Of a stretch of 64,000 bases of DNA, positions 1 to 13,340 are shown piece by piece. Source of the stretch: Hypanus sabinus (taxonomy: Eukaryota); NCBI RefSeq assembly GCF_030144855.1, contig NC_082716.1:32984001-33048000 (forward strand). Direction: 5' to 3'. Within the stretch, counting starts at the first letter, position 1, and each line of letters begins with the position of its first letter. The notes beneath the pieces were generated by a model, which saw only the letters and a list, made by a program, of their open reading frames with translations, searched no databases and was not told the DNA's origin. The position numbers and the translations under genes were made by a program.

Positions 1-119
1 GAAAAGTATATAAAGGCGAAGCATTCGGAAGACACACCACAATCAACAGCGCAGTGATGATTTCTCCTCATATGGTGAAGAAACGTTTGCATTTAAATTG
101 CAAAGATCGGAGAACAACT

Positions 120-1833
120 CAACCCAACCATAAAAGAGGTTACAAATTTTTTTCAGATACAGTAAAAGAGAGGTGAGAGCGGATATCAGAATGCAGAACA
201 TGCTAAAGATGTTGTAATGGGAGACAAAGAAATGGCAGATGAACTTAATAAATATTTTACATCAGTCTTCACTATGGAAGATACCAGCAGTATGCCAGAA
301 ATTCTAGAGTGTCAGGGGGCAGAGGTGAGTGTAGCTGTCATTGCTAAGGAGAGGGTACTTGGGAAGCTGAAACATCTGCAGGTAGACAAGTCATCTGGAC
401 CAAATGAACTATACCCTCTGAAGGAGGTATTTGAGGAGACATCAATAATGCTCTTTCAAGAATCATTAGATTCTGGAAAGGTCCCAGAGAACTGAAAAAT
501 TGCAATTGTCACTCCACTCTAAGGAGGGAGGGAGGTAAAAAGGAAAGAAATTATAGGCCAGTTAGCCTGACATCAGCAAGATATTAAAGTTCATTATTAA
601 GAATGAGATTACAGGGCACTTGAAGGCACAAGATAAAATGGGCTAAAGTCAGCATGGTTTCCTCAAGGGGAAATGTTGCCTGGCATATCTGTTGTAAGTA
701 ACAGGTAGGACAGATAAAGGAGAGTCAATGGATGTTATTTACTTGGATTTTCAGAAGGCCTATGACAAGGTGCCACACATGAAGCTGGTTAACAAGAGCC
801 CGTGGTATTATAGGAAAGATACAAGCATGGATAGAAGATTGGTTGACTGGCAGAAGGCAAAGATTGAGAATATAGGGGGCTTTCTTTGGTTGGCTGCTGG
901 TGACTAGTGGTGTTCTGCAGGGGACTGTGTGGGGACCACTTGCCGAGATAGGTGCAGGGGCAGATAGTGTTGAGGAAGCAAGGAGCCAGCAGGACGACTT
1001 AGATTGGGAGAGTGGGCAAAGTAGTGCCAAATGGACTATAGTGTGTGGACGTGTATGGTCATGTACTTGGGTAGAAGAAATACAGGTGTAAGCTCTTTTA
1101 GAAATGGGGAAAAGATTCAGAAATCAGAGGTGCAAAGGGACTTTGATTCCCTGTGCAGAATTCCCTAAAGGTTAACTTGCAGGTTGAGTCGGTGGCAAGG
1201 AAGGCAAATACAATGTTAGCATTCATTTCAAGAGGACTGGATGACAAGAGCATGGATGTGATGCTGAGTCTTTATCAGGCAATAGACAGACTCACATTTG
1301 GAGTATTGTGAGCAGCTTTGGCCACTTATCTACTTCACTTATGCTGCCATTGGAGAGGGTCCAGAGGATGCTCACAAGAACAGTTCTGGGAATGAATACA
1401 GAGGTGTTTGATGGCTATGGGGCTGTACTCACTGGAGTTTAAAAGAATATAGAGGGAATCTTATTGAAACCTATCAAATATTGTAATGCCTAGACAGAAT
1501 GGAGATGGAGAGGATGTTTCCTATAGTGTACGATTCTCGGACCAGAGGACACAGCCTCAAAATAAGAGGGATGTAAATTTATAACAGAGATGGAGGAATT
1601 TATTTAGTCAGAGCATAATGACTCTGTGGAATTCATTGCCACAGACGGCTGTAGAGATCAAGTCAATAAGTATATTTAAAGTGGAAGTTGACAGGCTCCC
1701 GATTAGTCAGGTTATATGGACAAGTCAGGAGAATGGGGTTGAGAGGGATAATAAATCATCCACAATGGAATACCAGAGGAGACTCAACAGACCAAGAGGC
1801 CTAATTCTGCTCCTAAGCTTTCACAGACTATAA
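120..1833 (+). mobile_element. Decayed CR1-clade LINE, ORF2 reverse transcriptase region and 3' tail
   Basis: Broken frames give GDKEMADELNKYFTSVFT, MTSGVLQGTV, LEYCEQ and LWNSLPQTAVE; CR1-type 3' end (CCTAATTCTGCTCCTA); many stops and frameshifts. Confidence 0.9.
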
Positions 1834-2879
1834 CACAGTACAAGCACCACGCTTCCAGTTAGAGGACTGCTGTTATTGAACAAATGGACGCTGCAAGAGA
1901 CAGTTAAACATAGGACGGAATTGAAGTGGCAGGGTCTGGGCCAGAGAGCAGAAAATGAAATGAACCTATGCTTAGCTGATGTGAGGCACCAAAGCTGAGG
2001 ACGAAGGACAAACTGGTGTTCAGTTCACAATTCCAGGTGGCTTTACTCACCTCAGCGCCACACTGATTCCGCAGCCGCTGGCTCTCAGCTCAGTGCTGAA
2101 ATGGTTCCGTGGCTGTGGACTTACGTTCAGGGACTCTGTAGTTCATGTTCTGTGAATTATTTGTTTACTTTATTATTGTTCGCACAATCTGTTCTTTTGT
2201 CGCACAGAGTGTTTGAAGGTTTTTGCTGTGTGGGTTATTTTGTGGATTCTGTTGTGTTTATTTAGTGACTGTCTGCAAGCAGATTAATCTCAAAGTTTTC
2301 TATAGGATACTTTTCATAAATGAATTTTGTACTTTTTCCTCCATTTAGCAATTGGCAAATACTTGGTTTGTATCCCATGCTGCAGCAACTATGTTCAGAT
2401 CAGAAAACCCGGCATGGGAAGACTGTATAAGAGAGGATGGTGAAAGTTTGCAAACAAACCTTACTGTAGCTCCATCTTTCTTAATTTATCATCTGTACCC
2501 CTCGCCACAATACACAAGATGGTGAGGCTGATGTTATTTACGGAGGGAATATAGAAAAATGACAAATTGCAAGGTCTATACTTCAATGACGGAACATACA
2601 AGTGTCATAAACTTAATAATTAGGGACAGAAATCGGCTACTTTGTCTCCCAAGCTGGCTCTGGAAACTTAATTTGTTATGCTAACTGGCTATTATTTTCC
2701 TCAAGTAACATACCTAATGGAGAAACCAACATTTTGCTTCAATTCTTTTTATAAATTAAAAAATTAAGTTTGTTGCTGATATTGATATCACCTTTACTGT
2801 AAAAACTGTTAAGTGTACTCCAAATCAGACAGATAACATGAAAAGGTATTATGATTTCATTATTACAGAGTTAAGTCAC

Positions 2880-3035
2880 CTGATTCTTGGTGTCCACCTC
2901 CAAAATATCCATCAAATTGATCATGATATTCTTGTGTGTCTTCTTATACTTGCCCACCCGCAGTGACACAGTCAGCCACCCTGGTCGGCCCGTGCACATG
3001 TACGTTCTACTTCCTTGATCCTTCCATTCTCTGAC
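2880..3035 (-). CDS. DHCR24: Delta(24)-sterol reductase, coding exon 2 (156 nt)
   Basis: Translates [52 protein letters not shown], close to vertebrate DHCR24; acceptor ttttgaaag and donor CAG|gtgact, phase 0; missed by the ORF track; exon 3 onward lies left of the window. Confidence 0.97.
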
Positions 3036-3569
3036 CTTTCAAAACAAAAGCAGATTCGTTTATTACACAGTCCATTTTTCAGTAAGATACAAGCCTTTAC
3101 TTCATCAAGTATAATTTTTACATTGACAATGGACCTTCAGAGGAGTTATCCTGGGTGAACCATATTGATGCAATCACAATGAAGACTTGCTAACAGATTG
3201 TGGAGATTCAGTATACCACCAAAGACACATCACCCGGAGACCATGCTGACTGGCTGTGTCATTGCCTGGTATGCAGGCAACAATGCACAGGACTGGAAGA
3301 GGTGTATGCTCTCTATGTACTCTAGGTGAAGGAGCCATTCATCTCTTCTCTATATGCTTGCACTATATTCTGTGTTGCGCAGTTATCTGGGTAATTGGTC
3401 ACGAGTGGGGTCACGATAAAAGTGAAGGGGATGAGTTAGGTATTTGTGCTTTCTTCAGGCAGTTTGGTGCTGGGAGCCGATGGATGTCGCATCTTTTGTT
3501 GACCGCTCAACTTACAATTGGGTAAGTTTCATTGCTTTCATGTTCGCTAATGAAGGATTGAAAACATAT

Positions 3570-4430
3570 CAAACACGAGGAAATCTGCAGATGCTAGAAA
3601 TTCAAGCAACACACACAAAATGCTGGTGGAACGCAGTAGGTCAGGCAGCATCTATAGGGAGAAGTGCTGTCAACGTTTCGGGCCGAGACCCTTCGTCAAG
3701 ACTAACTGAAAGGAAAGATAGTAAGAGATTTGAAAGTAGGAGGGGGAGGGGAAAATGCGAAATGATAGGAGAAGACCGGAGGGGGTGGGGTGAAGCTGAG
3801 AGCCGGAAAGGTGATTGGCAAAAGGGATACAGAGCTAGAGAAGGGCAAGGATCATTGGACAGGAGGCCTAGGGAGAAAGAGGGGGAGGGGAGCACCAGAG
3901 GGAGATGGAGAACAGGCAGAGTGATGGACAGAAAGAGAGAAAAAAAAAGGAGGGGGGGGGGAAAGCTAAATATAACAGGGATGGGTTAAGAAGGGGAGGA
4001 GGGGCATTAACGAAAGTTAGAGAAGTCAATGTTCATGCCATCAGGTTGGAGGCTACCCAGCCGGTATATAAAGTGTTGTTCCAACCTGAGTGTGGCTTCA
4101 TCTTGACAGTAGAGGAGGCCATGGATAGACATATCAGAATGGGAATGGGATGTGAAATTAAAATGTGTGGCCACTGGGAGATCCTGCTTTCTCTGGCAGA
4201 CAGAGCATAGGTGTTCAGCGAAACAGTCTCTCAGTCTGCATTGGGTCTCACCAATATATAAAAGGCCACATTGGGAGCACCGGACGCAGTATACCACACC
4301 AGCTGACTCAAAGGTGAAGTGTCGCCTCACCTGGAAGGACTGTCTGGGGCCCTGAATGGTGGTGAGGGAGGAAGTGTAGGGGCAGGTGTAGCACTTGTTC
4401 CGCTTGCAAGGATAAGTGCCAGGAGGGAAT
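3570..4430 (-). mobile_element. Penelope-like element, 3' part (GIY-YIG endonuclease and 3' terminal region)
   Basis: ORF 4007..4633 contains CxxxxCxTC, VVYCVRCSQCGLLYIGET and LGSLQPDGMN; followed by the terminal motif that recurs across the window. Confidence 0.92.
3668..3703 (-). ncRNA. Minimal hammerhead ribozyme motif (variant) in the Penelope terminus
   Basis: Minus strand AGTC-TTGACGA-AGGGTCTCGGCCC-GAAA-CGTT-GACA: (C/U)UGANGA core, stem II, GAAA, palindromic ACGT stem III, GTC/GAC stem I. Confidence 0.6.
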
Positions 4431-4529
4431 ATTGAATACATATCATTGTCTTTAAAAACAAATGTTATTGGAGCTGAGGGTGCATCACACAAAAATAACA
4501 AATCCATGGGGGTGATCAGCAGCAGCAGT

Positions 4530-4860
4530 TTGGTTTGGTTGGAACTGACCACTACAAGAGGCTTCAGAAGGTTGTAGACCCAACCAGCACCATCAGAGGT
4601 GCAAGGTTCCCCAGCATTGAGGACATTTTCCAAAGTTCAAGAATGTGGCATTCATCATTAAGGACTCTCAGCACCAAGGACATTCCCTCTTCCCCTTTAC
4701 AGTAAGATTTCCAAATGGTCCATGAACACAACCTCTTTTGAACTGCGTATTTATCTTTACAACTTACAGTACTGTTATGCTTGCAGAACAACAAATTACT
4801 GATGCGCAAAACAAGAAGTTTCATGATGTATGTCAGGGACAATAAACCTGACTGATTCAC
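4530..4860 (+). mobile_element. Rex1/Babar-like LINE 3' fragment
   Basis: KRLQKVV...PSIED-like remnant with AATAAA-CCTGA tail shared with other copies in the window. Confidence 0.65.
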
Positions 4861-5824
4861 ACATCTGAATCTACAGTTGCAGTCTGCGATGGAACCTACT
4901 GACTACAGATCTATGCACAAAACATGGATGGCACATTCTGGCTCATGGTAATGAAACAGACTTAAAATTATAAAGCACCATGTCACTGTCAGGTCATTCT
5001 AAACTGCTTTATAGCCATTGATGTACTTCCTGAAGGGTTTGATAATATATGCTCCATAAGAGTTAACGTGTTAAACAGTTCCTTTCCCCTCCATCAGTTT
5101 TCTGAATGGTCCTTGAACACGTTCACCTTATTCACTATTTTTTTTGTAACTTACAGCAATTTTAGGGCAAATTTCATGAGATACTCAAGTCCAGTCTGAA
5201 TATTAGTGTGAGTTAAATCAATATACACTATGGGGAGTCTAAATGATCACACACAAAATATTACAATACGTTCCAATCACACGAAGCCAGCGAGATACTC
5301 AGACTGTTCGTAATCATTCTATTTATGCAAGATAGTGGAAATGCAGTGATCAGACTTTGTAAAAGCTAGGCAATTCTGATAATTTAACACCCCAATTCTG
5401 GGAACACGCAATCCATTATAAATATCTCATATGAAAGTATCAGTGACGAATGAAGAAAGGTGCCCTGTGGTTCAATGGCCTTACATCGCTGCCATCAGGA
5501 GCTGTTGAAGTCACTGACAGCCAAAACGACGCAAGCCTACCCACTGCCAATGTTATTACAGTATTTGTCTCTTACATCAACTACACTAAATGCATTGCAT
5601 TCTGCCCTTTGGGAGAAATTGCTATTGTTTACGTGAATTTGAACACAATAAACAAGTATTTGCTGCATCGAACTGGAAATGTACAAATTTAGCACACACA
5701 CTCCGTTACAATGCAGCCCACTTGGTTGCTCGGGTGGATTCGCACATTGTTCCTGCGAGGGCTCCACGCACTGTGCATTCCAGCGCTGCAGCCGGCAAAC
5801 ACCGTGGACAAAGCTAATCCTCAC

Positions 5825-6055
5825 CTGCCTCTGGATGTCCCTGACCCGCAGGTCGTGTTGCTTGGGGGCACTGCACATCTTGAACACTAACCAAGCCCTG
5901 AGGTAGTAGTAGACGTCGAAGACAACGGAGAGGGGCAGCAGGAAGAGGCAGACGAAGACCCAGCGGTGGTGGATGATCACATACTCCACGCCTTTTCTCC
6001 GGACCCAGAATAGCAGCAACGCCATCAGTACGGCCAAATAAATGACCGGATCCAT
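5825..6055 (-). CDS. DHCR24: Delta(24)-sterol reductase, coding exon 1 (231 nt, 77 aa)
   Basis: [77 protein letters not shown]; ATG at 6055, donor CAG|gtgagg; joins exon 2 in frame. Confidence 0.98.
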
Positions 6056-6430
6056 TGTCTGTCGCCCGGCCACTACCTGCGGATCCCCGTTCCCATCGAC
6101 AGCCCGACACTCCTCCCGCTGACCCCGCCCCGTCCTGCGCCAGCCTCGCCGCCATTGGCCAAACCTTGACGCGACCCGCCTGGCTAGCCTATGAGAAAAA
6201 ACCTGGTGATTCCGCACGAGACAGCGCAGGCTGGGCTGCCATTCGTTCCGCCCTGCGTCCAATCCCGCCTTCCTCGCCGTTTCCGCCAATAGAAAGCGTC
6301 GGATTTATCATGCCACCGGGAACGCTGCGCCTGGATTGGCGCAGCTGGAGCCCGACGTTCCCGCCCCCTTCGGTCGCCGAGAGCTCGGGGTACCCAGTGA
6401 AACCATTAGCGACGGGGAAAGGCCGAGATA
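6056..6430 (-). promoter_or_regulatory. DHCR24 CpG-island promoter and 5' UTR with CCAAT boxes, GC boxes and an SRE-like element
   Basis: CpG-rich; CCAAT/ATTGG at 6154, 6259, 6286 and 6335; CCGCCC GC boxes near 6125, 6248 and 6361; ATCATGCCAC at 6307-6316. Confidence 0.8.
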
Positions 6431-7539
6431 ACTTGATTAGCAATCCCTATCTAAAAGTTTCGGCTTTGAAACGTTTAGATTTCAATGGATGTTTGTATTT
6501 GAAAAGGTTTGAACAAGTACCAGGTCAAATGATAACTGAAATTAAACATTCAGATTCCTGGAAGCTTCAGTCACCCGGAACCAGGCACTTGAGCTAAACT
6601 CGCCGAAGTGACTGTAGTGCCCAACCAAGCTAGACCCCGTGTGCCCACATTTGGCCCAAATCCCTGTAAACCCACTCTTAACTATGTCCTTTTGACAGAT
6701 GCCCTCTACCAGCTTCAACCACATTCTCAGACTGCTCATGCACCATCTGTGTGAAGAAATTTGCCCTTCAGGTCCCTTAACCAAAAACAGACGAAAGAGA
6801 CTGCAGATGTTGGAAATCTGGATAAACACAGTGAGTCAGGCAGTAAGCTATGGAGGAACAGAAGGTGTATCGGGTGGAGACACTTCATTGAACAGAACAG
6901 CCCTGTTCAGACACTTTGGCCCACAGTCTTGTGCCAATCATGATGCCAACTTATCCTAAATGTCTTCTTTCTGTGTATCCTCTGTATTCCTCCATTCCTT
7001 TCGTATTCATGTTTCTACCCAAAAGCCCCTTAAATGCCACCAAACTACTCACTTCCACTCCCATACCTGGTACCCACCACCCTCCGTAAAAAGCAAACTT
7101 GCCCTTTGTCTCTGGGTCCAAGCAAAGGAGTATTTGTATGTCTTTTTGATGACTGCAAGTCAGTGCTGGATACTAAAACCATCAAATGCTGTAGGACTAT
7201 CCCATCGGTGAGTTGCTGGATATCAATGGAGCTGCCTCAACTTTTTGCATACCATTGTGCTGAGAGAGTGCGTGATCCACAACGTGAAACACGGAGTAAG
7301 TGTTTGTCTTGGACATTTCTATTGGGATCACAAGATCCTGTTAGATGTTGGTAACGCAGAATACTGCAAGTCCGATTCACTGGTGACACAGACAGCTGCA
7401 TTGCCACGGTCGTGGTAAAGACTAGGCCAGGGCCATGGGGTTGCCTCAAGCGCAGCAGTCTGTTGCAGCCGCCCAGGGGATGGAAGCATGGCCTCTGCTG
7501 GGTGCACTGGAATTGTGCTGGGTTGGGCGCTGGCCCTCC

Positions 7540-9590
7540 TATCACTGCTGCTCTCCAGTGTTCACTCAGTGGATGAATATGCTAGACCAGGACAAACTAC
7601 AGTGGACACTGTAATACCATCAAGGACTGTTCGCTGCTTCCCTAACAACAAATCATGGTCACCAGTGATCTAAAGGCTCTTCTCAAACACAAAAAGAGAT
7701 CCTTTAAGTCAGGAGACAGGGAGGAATTGAAACATGTGCAGAGGGAGCAAAAGGAGAAGATCAAGGTGGCTGAAGAGGAATACAGGAGAGGGCTAGGGAA
7801 CAAACTTGGGCAGAGCAGCACATGGGAGGTGTGGAGAAACATGAAGAACATCACTAGCTTCAATCAGCCTGGCTGTAGAGCCTTGGATTGCATCCGTGAA
7901 TGGTCTAATAAGTTAGAACAATTCTTCAATAGTTTTGACAATTGCCCTCCTGTTCACACCCCCCTCACACCAGTCCAGGGGCTGAGGCACCCAGTGCTCC
8001 CCTCCTCCACCCTCCAGTTCAACACATGGATGAACAACACATCTACATCCCTTCCTTGCCCTGCACCTACCATCCAAACTACTGAGCAAGTGAGAAGGGC
8101 TCTGGGGAAACTCAGACACAGCAAAGCATTGGGACCGGATGGTGTGAACCACAAGGTCCTGAAGGAGTGTGCTGAGCAGCCGTGTGGAGTTCTCCAGCCC
8201 ATTTTCAGTCTGAGTCTCAGCTTGGAAAAGGGTCCTGACTGTGGGGAAAACATTATGTGGGGTCCCAGTATCCAAGAAAGTCTTGAATGGCTACTGTCCA
8301 GTGGCCCTGACCATAAATCTTGAAGATCCTAGAGAGGCTGGTGCTGGCTCACCTCCAACCCCTGGTCAGATCAGCCCTCAATCCCCTGTAGTTTGCCTAC
8401 CAGGAGCATATTGGAGGCAATGATGTTGTCATTTACCTGCTGAGCAGCGTCTACTTCCATGTGGATAAGCATGGCAGCACTGTGAGAATCATAATTTTTG
8501 AATTATCATGTGCCTTCCGTACCATACAGCCCTCATTGCTGAGAGAAAAGCTCCATTCAATGCAGATTGGCACTTCCATTGTATCCTGGATAATGGACTA
8601 CCTGACTGGCAGACCACAGTTTGTGTGGCTTCGGAGCTGTGTGCCAGACATGGCTATTAGCAGCACTGGTGCCCTACAGGGGACTGTATTGGCTCCCTTC
8701 CTGTTTAACCTGTATACCTCAGACTTTAGACACAACACTGAGTCATGTCATCTGCAGAAATTCTCTGATGACTCAGCAATAGTTGGGTGTATAAAGGGAG
8801 GACGGGAGGATGAATACAGGGCCTTGGTGGAAGACTTTGTCAAATGGTGCAAACTGTGGCTCAACATCAGTAAGACAAAGGAGATGGTGCAGGACTTTAG
8901 GAAGACTCAGCCTGCATTGCTCCCTGTTACTATTGATGGTGAGGACGTGGATGTGGTGAGAACCTACAAGTACCTGGGGGTGCACCTGGATGACAGACTT
9001 GAGTGGTGGACCAACACAGAGGCAGTGTACAAGAAGGGCCAGTGTGGTCTCTACTTCCTGAGGAGACTGAGGTCCTTTGGAGTATGCAGACCTCTCCTTC
9101 ATATCTCCTACCAGTCTGTTGTCACCAGTACAACCTTCTATGTGGTGGTGTGCTGGGGCAATGGCATCAAGATGGGTGATGCCAACGGGCTCAATAAACT
9201 GATTAGGAAGGCTGGCTCTGTTATTGGAGTCAAACTGGACACACTGGAGACTGTGGTAGAACAAAGGACCCTATGGAAAATCCTGGCAATTCTGGACAAT
9301 GTTTTTCATCCTCTGCATGCCACTTTGGCTGAACGGAGGAGAACTTTTAGTAATAGACTAAGACAATTGTGTTGCTCCAAACAGCGCTATATGAGATCAT
9401 TCTTACCCTTGGCCATTAGGCTGTATAATGAGTCAACCTATAGCCAGGGAAGTGATGACACCTTCCTGTTAGATTGTGGTAACTTATATTTTATTCTTCT
9501 ACTTCTTTTTTAATATGGCACTTGTAATGCTACAGAGACACATTATTTCCTTTGGGATCAATAAAAAGAACCTGACTATCTATCTATTGT
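7540..9590 (+). mobile_element. Rex1/Babar-like LINE, internally deleted; RT half open for 350 codons
   Basis: DTVIPSRTVRCFPNNK, KALGPDGV, GALQGTVLAPFLF, QKFSDDS, YKYLGVHLD; AATAAA near 9560 and a short (TATC)n tail; frameshifts upstream of 8461. Confidence 0.9.
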
Positions 9591-9739
9591 ATTACTTCTT
9601 TATCACTTTATCCACTTGTATAGCCACTTTTGAACTATGAATTTCATCACCAAGATTCCTCTACTTCAGTGTTCTTAAGGGGCCCACCATTAACTGTGTA
9701 CTTTCTGCTTTTGTTTAACTTCCCAACTTGCCCAGATTA

Positions 9740-10940
9740 CCTATCGCCACAATAGGTCTACAGCAGATGCAACCTCAATGGCTCTTCACATGGCCTTAGG
9801 TCACTGGACAATACAAACATCTCTGTCATGATGCTGTTCGTTGACTATAGCTCAGCATTTAATACCATCATTCCCACAGTTCTGATCAAACCTGGACCTT
9901 TGTACCTCCCTCTGCAATTGGATCCTTGACTTCCTAACCGGAAGACCACAATCTGTGTGGATGAGTGTTAATACCTCCTCCTCACTGACAAACAACAGAC
10001 ACTGGTGTACCTCAGGAATGTGTGCTTAGCACACTGAATGTGTGGCCTGGTACAGCTTAAATGCCATCTATAAATTTGCCTGTGATACAACCATTGTTGG
10101 TAGTATCTCAGATGGAGATGAACGGGTGTACAGGAGTGAAAAATACCAGCTTGTTGAGTGGTATTGCAGCAACAACGTTGCACTTAATGTCAGTAAATTG
10201 AAAGAGCTGATTGTGGACCTCAGGAAAGGTAAGAGGAGGGAACACAAACCAGTCCTCAGAGGGATCAGAAGTGGAGAGAGTGAGCAATTTCAAGTTTCTG
10301 GGTGTGAAGGACTCTGAGAATCTAACTTGGTCCCAACATATCGATGCAGCTATAAAGAAGCCAAGACAGCAGCTATAGGAGTTTGGAAAGATTTGGTTTG
10401 TCACCTAAAATACTCAGAACTTGTATTTACATACCGTGGAGAGCATTCCAACAGGCTGCATCACTGTCTGGAATGTGGGGAGGGCTACAGAAAATTGTAA
10501 AATTAGTCAGCTCCATCTTGGGTACCAGCCTCCCTAGTACCAAGGCATCTTCAAGGAACGGTGCCTCAGAAAGGCAGCATCGATTATTAAGGATCCCTAT
10601 CACCCAGAACATGCCCTCTTCCCATTGATACCATCAGAAAGGAGGTACAGAAGCCTGAAGGCACACACTCAGTTATTCAGGAACGGCTTCTTCCCCTCTG
10701 CCATATGATTCATAAATGAACATTGAACCCATGAACACTACCTCAGTTTATATATACAGTAATTTATACTTTGCACTATATTTAATCTAACTATTTAATA
10801 TACATATATATACTTAATATAATTGATTTTATATATTTCTATATTATCACATTATCACGTATTGCATTTAACTGCTGCTGCTAAGTTTAAAAATTTCACA
10901 ACACATGCTGGTGACAATAAACCTTATTCTGATTCTGATT
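9740..10940 (+). mobile_element. Decayed Rex1/Babar-like LINE, RT and 3' end
   Basis: MLFVDYSSAFNT, YKFACDTT, WYCSNNVALNVSKLKELIVD; (TTCTGA)n tail. Confidence 0.85.
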
Positions 10941-11124
10941 AAGTTCTATCTGTCACTTCTCTACCCGGTATCTGTAACTGATCGATATCTCACTGTATTC
11001 TTTGACAGTCCTTTACACGGTCCACAATTACATCAATCTTGGTGTCATCCACAAACTTGTTAATCCACCTATCAATATTTTAATTCAAATCATAGATATA
11101 TATATATATATCTCAAACAACTCA

Positions 11125-11582
11125 CTTCCACCCACCCAAGATATTTATGAGGAGTGCTGCATACGCAGGGTCCTTCGCATTATTAATGATCCCTCCCATC
11201 CATCCCACAATCTCTTTGACCCCCCATCATCAGGCAGGAGGTACCATAACAGGACAAGGACTGATAGGATGGGAAACAGCTTCTTCCCCCGAGCTGTGAA
11301 ACTACTGAACTTCCTGCCACCACCCAGATCTCATCATGTATGAAGCCCCAGTCATATTACACCATTTACTTTATAACTTGTGACGTAAATGCACCTTATG
11401 TTAAATCTTAATCTTCTGGAACATATTTTAATATTTGTTAGTTTAATGGTGGAAATATTACTTTATGAGTTGTATGCAACTTATATGGCCTGTGTTGTGC
11501 ACCTTTGTCCGGAGGAACATTGTTCGTTTGGTGGTATACATTTATACAGTTGAATGACAAACTTCATCTCGAACTTGAACTT
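11125..11582 (+). mobile_element. LINE 3' fragment (Rex1/Babar-like)
   Basis: IINDPSHPSHNLF...SGRRY...NSFFPRAVKLLN and (CTTGAA)n tail; related minus-strand copy at 55335-56120. Confidence 0.8.
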
Positions 11583-12999
11583 AAACAGAAGCCCCTGCAC
11601 TAATCCTTGCAGTGACGGACATAAAGCCCAAAAAACCGCCTTCTACCCCTACTATCTGTTTTATATGGGCAAGCCAATTCTGAGTCCAAACCTGCAATTC
11701 ACCTTGAGTTCCATTTTAAAAATGTTTTTATCTCCTTAAACCTATGCCCTCTTGTCTTTAGTTCCCCTTCCCTGGGAAAAGGATTAGACTCACTGTGTCA
11801 AATAATAAGAATAGTACTGTATGAAGATCAGGCTGGGAGCAATTATAGGTTTTGCCTCCATTTGTTTCCCTGACATGTTTTGCACTACAAATTTCAGGAA
11901 CGAAAAATTCAGGCGGAAATTTTGTTTTGAAATTCTTGCCATTTTTGTTACATTTCTACAGTATCCTGAAAGAATGTCAATGACCTTGGGATCCTTGTCT
12001 GATCTTCCACTCATGCTTGTGTACAAAAGCATGGCTGCGATTCTTATTTAAATAAGCATGTAGGTGCAAATTTATAGGATATCCTCTAACTCCACCATAT
12101 GTAACACATAAATGCAACACCGTGTGGCCACCAGTATGAAGCCTCCATTCAAAATTGTTTTTTATTTTTGTTTTTTTTGTTTTTATTTTGTTTATTATTT
12201 TGTAAATTGTTTATTTCAAAGGAACTACTTTCTTTTTAACTTGCATTACTTCCTAGTGGTTAATTTCGTCAAATAAATCATGAATTTTCAATTACTGAAT
12301 TTTCAGTACAACTTTAGAGGGATGATATTAAAAATATCCCATATCTCCTGTATTAGGAGATGAGAGCTTCATTTGCTATGATTAATGCCCAGATGTTGTG
12401 GAAAAATCTACAGCTGAAATGAAAAGTAAAAGGTGCGTGTAAATCCTGTATGGCACCAGCTTTCACATTCAATTTCCTTTTGCCATTGTGTTATACACAA
12501 AAGGAAACTGTCCCATATTTAATCTAACAACATAGCTCTAGTTTACACTGATAACATGCTCCCAACAATGACTTTGGGCAAGGCCATGCCATTTACCTCA
12601 AGAATTTCTCTATGTCTTATATAATAGTTTCATAATCTTTATAATTTTCACTCATTTCATCTTCCCAATTTCATATTGAATTTTTCCATTAAAACATTTC
12701 CTCTGGTTCTAAATATTTGTTAGAATCTTAATCAATCCCATGTTTACACAATAGTGCCAGATTCTCCCCTTCCCCAACTCCAACTTCCCCATTCCTACTC
12801 TCAAAGAAATTGTTACCATTGACAGTTTCCTGCTTCCTAGACATATTTGTCAAGGAATGTTAATATTTTCACCATGGTGTTTTATATGTCTACTCTCAAC
12901 AAATGTCAGTAGGATTTTATGTCAGTAGGATTAACAGAATCCATCTAATCAGTAGTAACATTTCACAATTTTTACAAAGGGAATGTTAAAATGACAAAG

Positions 13000-13340
13000 G
13001 TTCAAATTTCAAAGTAAAGTTATTATCAAAGTACAGATATGTCACCGTATACAATCCTGACACTCATTTTCTTGCAAGAATTCACATTAAATACAAGTCA
13101 ATAGAATCAATGAAAGGCCACATTCAGAACAGACAAACAACTAATGTGCAAAAGACAACAGCTGTGCAACTAAAAGAGAGATAATAAATAAATAGATAGA
13201 TAGATAGATAGATGAATAAGCAATAAATACCTGGAAGAAGAAATGAAGAGTCCTTTAAAGAGAGTCCACAGGTTGTGGGAACAGTTCAGTGATGGGGTGA
13301 GTGAATTTGAATGAAGTTATCCTCTCTGGCTCAAGAACTT
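13000..13340 (-). mobile_element. LINE 3' UTR/tail fragment with a short (GATA)n microsatellite
   Basis: TTATTATCAAAGTACAGATATGTCACCGTATACAATCCTGA matches the LINE tail at 15860-15935 and 62440-63300. Confidence 0.7.

Noticed and set aside
5537-6289. 250-aa ORF as an extended DHCR24
   Set aside because: Only 5825-6055 matches DHCR24; the rest is GC-rich promoter/UTR and intron read-through past a canonical donor
8461-9513. 350-aa RT ORF as an active or host gene
   Set aside because: Part of a LINE with upstream frameshifts and most of the endonuclease deleted
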